This document shows positions 60,898 to 64,000 of a stretch of 64,000 nucleotides of DNA, one piece after another. How positions within the stretch are numbered: position 1 is the first letter of the stretch; each line of letters begins with the position of its first letter. This DNA comes from the human T2T-CHM13v2.0 reference genome, Homo sapiens. Made by a program: the position numbers and the translations under genes. The notes under the pieces are model-generated. The model had not been told where the DNA came from. It made no database searches and saw nothing but the letters and a program-made list of their open reading frames with translations. The stretch is taken from NCBI RefSeq assembly GCF_009914755.1, contig NC_060933.1; one strand, 5' to 3'.

Positions 60898-61080
60898 CAG
60901 TCATTTTCAAACGTAAACGTGCATCAGGCGGGTCTAATAAAACACAAACTTCTCGGCCCAACCCTAGAGTTTCTCATTAAGCAGATAAGTTTGAGTGGGC
61001 CCAAGTATTTGCAGTTCTAACAAAACCTCAGATGATGCTGATGCTGTTAATCTGGAGACCACACTTTTGAGAACACAGTG
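60898..61080 (+). mobile_element. MER5A-like hAT element
   Basis: tttgcagttctaacaa...gatgatgctgatgctg...gaccacacttttgagaa. Confidence 0.78.
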
Positions 61081-61140
61081 AATTAGAACACTGAGGTAAA
61101 GGAACTCACATCATTTCATTCCAATTCAAAGCAGATTTAC

Positions 61141-61221
61141 CTTGGGAAGCTCCAGATGTTGCACATTTTTAAATGAACTGAGGTCCACAGCTGCATCAGA
61201 AGTAGTAACAGTTGGCTCTGT
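61141..61221 (-). CDS. MPDZ: MPDZ exon TEPTVTTSDAAVDLSSFKNVQHLELPK (start of PDZ9)
   Basis: tgtcag|ACA acceptor, AAG|gtaaat donor, 81 nt, phase 0-0. Confidence 0.95.
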
Positions 61222-61899
61222 CTGACAGAGGGAAAGAAATGACAAAAAGAGCAACTGAGTGTTAGGAAATTTGATTTGTTTAAATATAAAGGCCACTTAT
61301 TCAAAATTATTTTATACATTATATAAAATTATTTTACATTTATTTATTTTAATACACTATTGCTATTTTAATACATTTATTTATTATAATACATTTTTGC
61401 TATTTTAACATTCTATGGAATTTATGAACATTACATTCTCTTCAAAATACTTACGAGGTGTAACTGGACAGCAATCAGTTGAGAGCACAGATAGACCAAG
61501 TGGCTTGAAGACTGCCTGGGTTTACTGTATAATGAAAACCGATGGTAGCCCAGCTAACAAATGGTGAAACTCAGTGACAGAGCATCAGCAGAAACACCAT
61601 TCATTATTCTTTACTGTGTTATTTATCAAGTGAATTGAAAACTTTAATGAACGTTATTAAAATACTCCATTTCCTTAAGAGACATATTTAGTACAACTAA
61701 TATGAAAAGAAAATATATTACCTTATAACCTAATTATCTTAAATAACCAGGTGGCTTAGTGGAACGTTAGGAGCAGCCGGAATGAGACAATGATTTGTAC
61801 ATCTATCTTATGTATACATAAGCTCTATGTTTATATATTCATTTAGGAAAGAATGTTTCTCTTCCTACAGGTACCCCCACTGATAATCACCAAAGTTCC

Positions 61900-63350
61900 T
61901 CTAATTTTAAGCTTTTCATTCTCTACTAACTCCTTTTATTCATCATACACATGTATCCAAAGCTTTCCTAAATCAAAACAAAACCACTCTCCCAATTCTC
62001 TGTCACCCTCTAGCCACTGCCTCTCTCTCTCCTTGACTTCTTGTCCATCATTTGCTTTCTCAAAAACCACTAACAGTCTCCTAGTTACCACACCCAAGGG
62101 ACTCTTTCTACTCATCTTCTCACTGGATTCTTGCTACATGGCAGCATGTAGAGCTGTGGAGTGTACCCTTGAAGGACACTCTTCTCCGCTGCTCTGCCAC
62201 ATGCCCTCCTGGTTCTTCATAGTCTCTGATCTCTTGGTTAGCCTTCCTCCTTACTGTTGCTACCACATGATTCTGCCCTTGGCCCTCTTTCTCTCTAAAT
62301 GCTCTCTGTAGCAAGCACCTCAGCCTCCATGGCTAAGAAATGCCAAATCTGCATATACAGGAAATCATCTCTAAACTGGAGACCAAATGTCCCAATGTAC
62401 ATTTTTACCAGGCTATCCAACAGGCACTTCGTTCTTAACCTGCCCCAAATAGAATGTACCATATTTTTGCAAATATCTTTCTGTATTTTCTATTCAGTAA
62501 AAGACAGCCATCCCTCATGTCACTAAGTCAGATATCTGAAAACCTTGTATATCCTACCTGTTTTATTCTCCAGTCCAAAGAGCAGTATCTGGTATAAGGC
62601 AGAGTACTCAGAAAATATTTGTTGGATAAACACATCTTCAACCACTCATTTTTCCTCAGTGAGTACATTTAGTTGGGGATGAAGTATTATCAATTTGGGT
62701 CTTAAACATCTGATGTAACCATTCCCTCTTCCAGCTTTAGTTCAGGTCCTTGTTAACTGTTTCCTGAATTATTCCAATAATTATCTTACTTCCTCTAACC
62801 TCTCTCCCCTGCTACCTCTGATTTTTCTCTACAGTACTGCCAGAGAAATTTTTAACTAAACATTTCTCATTCTTTGAGCTCCACACTGCCTCAAAGACAA
62901 AGCTGGCACATGTTGGCCTATCAATGTATCCCATGATCTGACCCTGTCCCCTTTAACATTGACCCTTTCCCCACCAGCTTCCATTCCCTGCCCCTCATTG
63001 CTCAGTGATGCTCTACAATTTAGCTTCCTGCATTGGCCAAAGTCTCCATGCCATTCCTCACTCCATGCCCTCCGCTTGCAACATTTTTGCCCCCCAAATC
63101 TTCCAACATACACTTCATATGTAACCTTCCATATAAAGTTTTATCCTCAATTTCTTTTCAGAGGCAGAACTGATAACTCTTTTCCTACCCTCACTATTCC
63201 CTAGGCAGACTACAAGTACTCTTCACATAAGTGGTATGCTTATTTCCATGAGTGTCTTCTTATACTAGGATGTACACTCCTTGAAGGCCAAGGCTATAAC
63301 TTATCTACCTCTAATATCCCTCTCTAAGTGTTATGTAATTGTTGATTGAA
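61900..63350 (-). mobile_element. Decayed L2 fragments
   Basis: Pyrimidine-rich, L2-like motifs (ccaaatctgcatatac, tgtacactccttgaaggc, atttgttggataaa). Confidence 0.55.
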
Positions 63351-63408
63351 TTAATAAGGCTCACATCAATCAAGTCTTCCCAGAGAAACAAACATAAGTT
63401 ACATATAC

Positions 63409-63499
63409 CTCCTTATTTTGAAGATTTTCTGAGTTAGAAGGCAAAGGTTCTACTGCATTTCCAGGACATACGGCCATCTGATTCACTGCATCTTTATTT
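63409..63499 (-). CDS. MPDZ: MPDZ coding exon (first in window): (R)NKDAVNQMAVCPGNAVEPLPSNSENLQNKE, linker after PDZ8
   Basis: ttttag|A acceptor and GAG|gtatat donor; 91 nt (1+90); translation matches recalled MPDZ sequence. Confidence 0.93.
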
Positions 63500-63595
63500 C
63501 TAAAAGCAAAAAAACAACAACCTATTATAACATCATGGTATTATTTTCATTCTCTTACTTCAAGAGTCAGAAGGTTATTAGAGAAAATTATTTAA

Positions 63596-63942
<347 letters not shown>

Positions 63943-64000
63943 ACAAATGTTTTCTTTTCATTCAAAAGAACTCAGAGAAGAAATGCTAACAAAAAGTATT

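Noticed and set aside
61300-61412. Degenerate AT-rich tandem repeat (tattttaatacatt-like units)
   Set aside because: Low-complexity slippage product; no regular repeat-spacer structure, so not CRISPR-like
61853-62311. 152-aa Ser/Leu-rich ORF antisense to MPDZ
   Set aside because: Lies in pyrimidine-rich L2-like sequence; low complexity, no domain
63493-63498. AATAAA on the MPDZ sense strand inside an exon
   Set aside because: It is simply the Asn-Lys codons (AAT AAA); no downstream element

Overview
AT-rich, Alu/L1/MIR-laden human (primate) genomic DNA. The right half (~33,020-63,499, minus strand) holds the 3' end of MPDZ (MUPP1, multi-PDZ tight-junction scaffold). I traced 17 GT-AG coding exons in continuous phase (1,921 nt; 639 codons plus TGA, covering PDZ9-PDZ13), then a ~1.25 kb 3'UTR with AATAAA. 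The gene continues beyond the right edge. The left half is intergenic: a near-full-length ancient L1 (~845-9,995) with nested insertions, a full-length decayed Tigger1, ERV/MaLR solo LTRs, Alus and microsatellites. Most ORF-track entries are repeat-derived or noise. I cannot support a wholly new biological system. The best leads are splicing features of MPDZ: a candidate 9-nt in-frame microexon (or 70-nt poison exon) at ~61,455; an exon whose first bases rebuild a strong 5' splice site; and an 87-nt exon with a C-rich acceptor bracketed by inverted Alus. There is also a candidate CTCF/GC-box/G4 element at ~16.1-16.25 kb. Repeat subfamily names come from recalled consensus sequences, and repeat boundaries are approximate.
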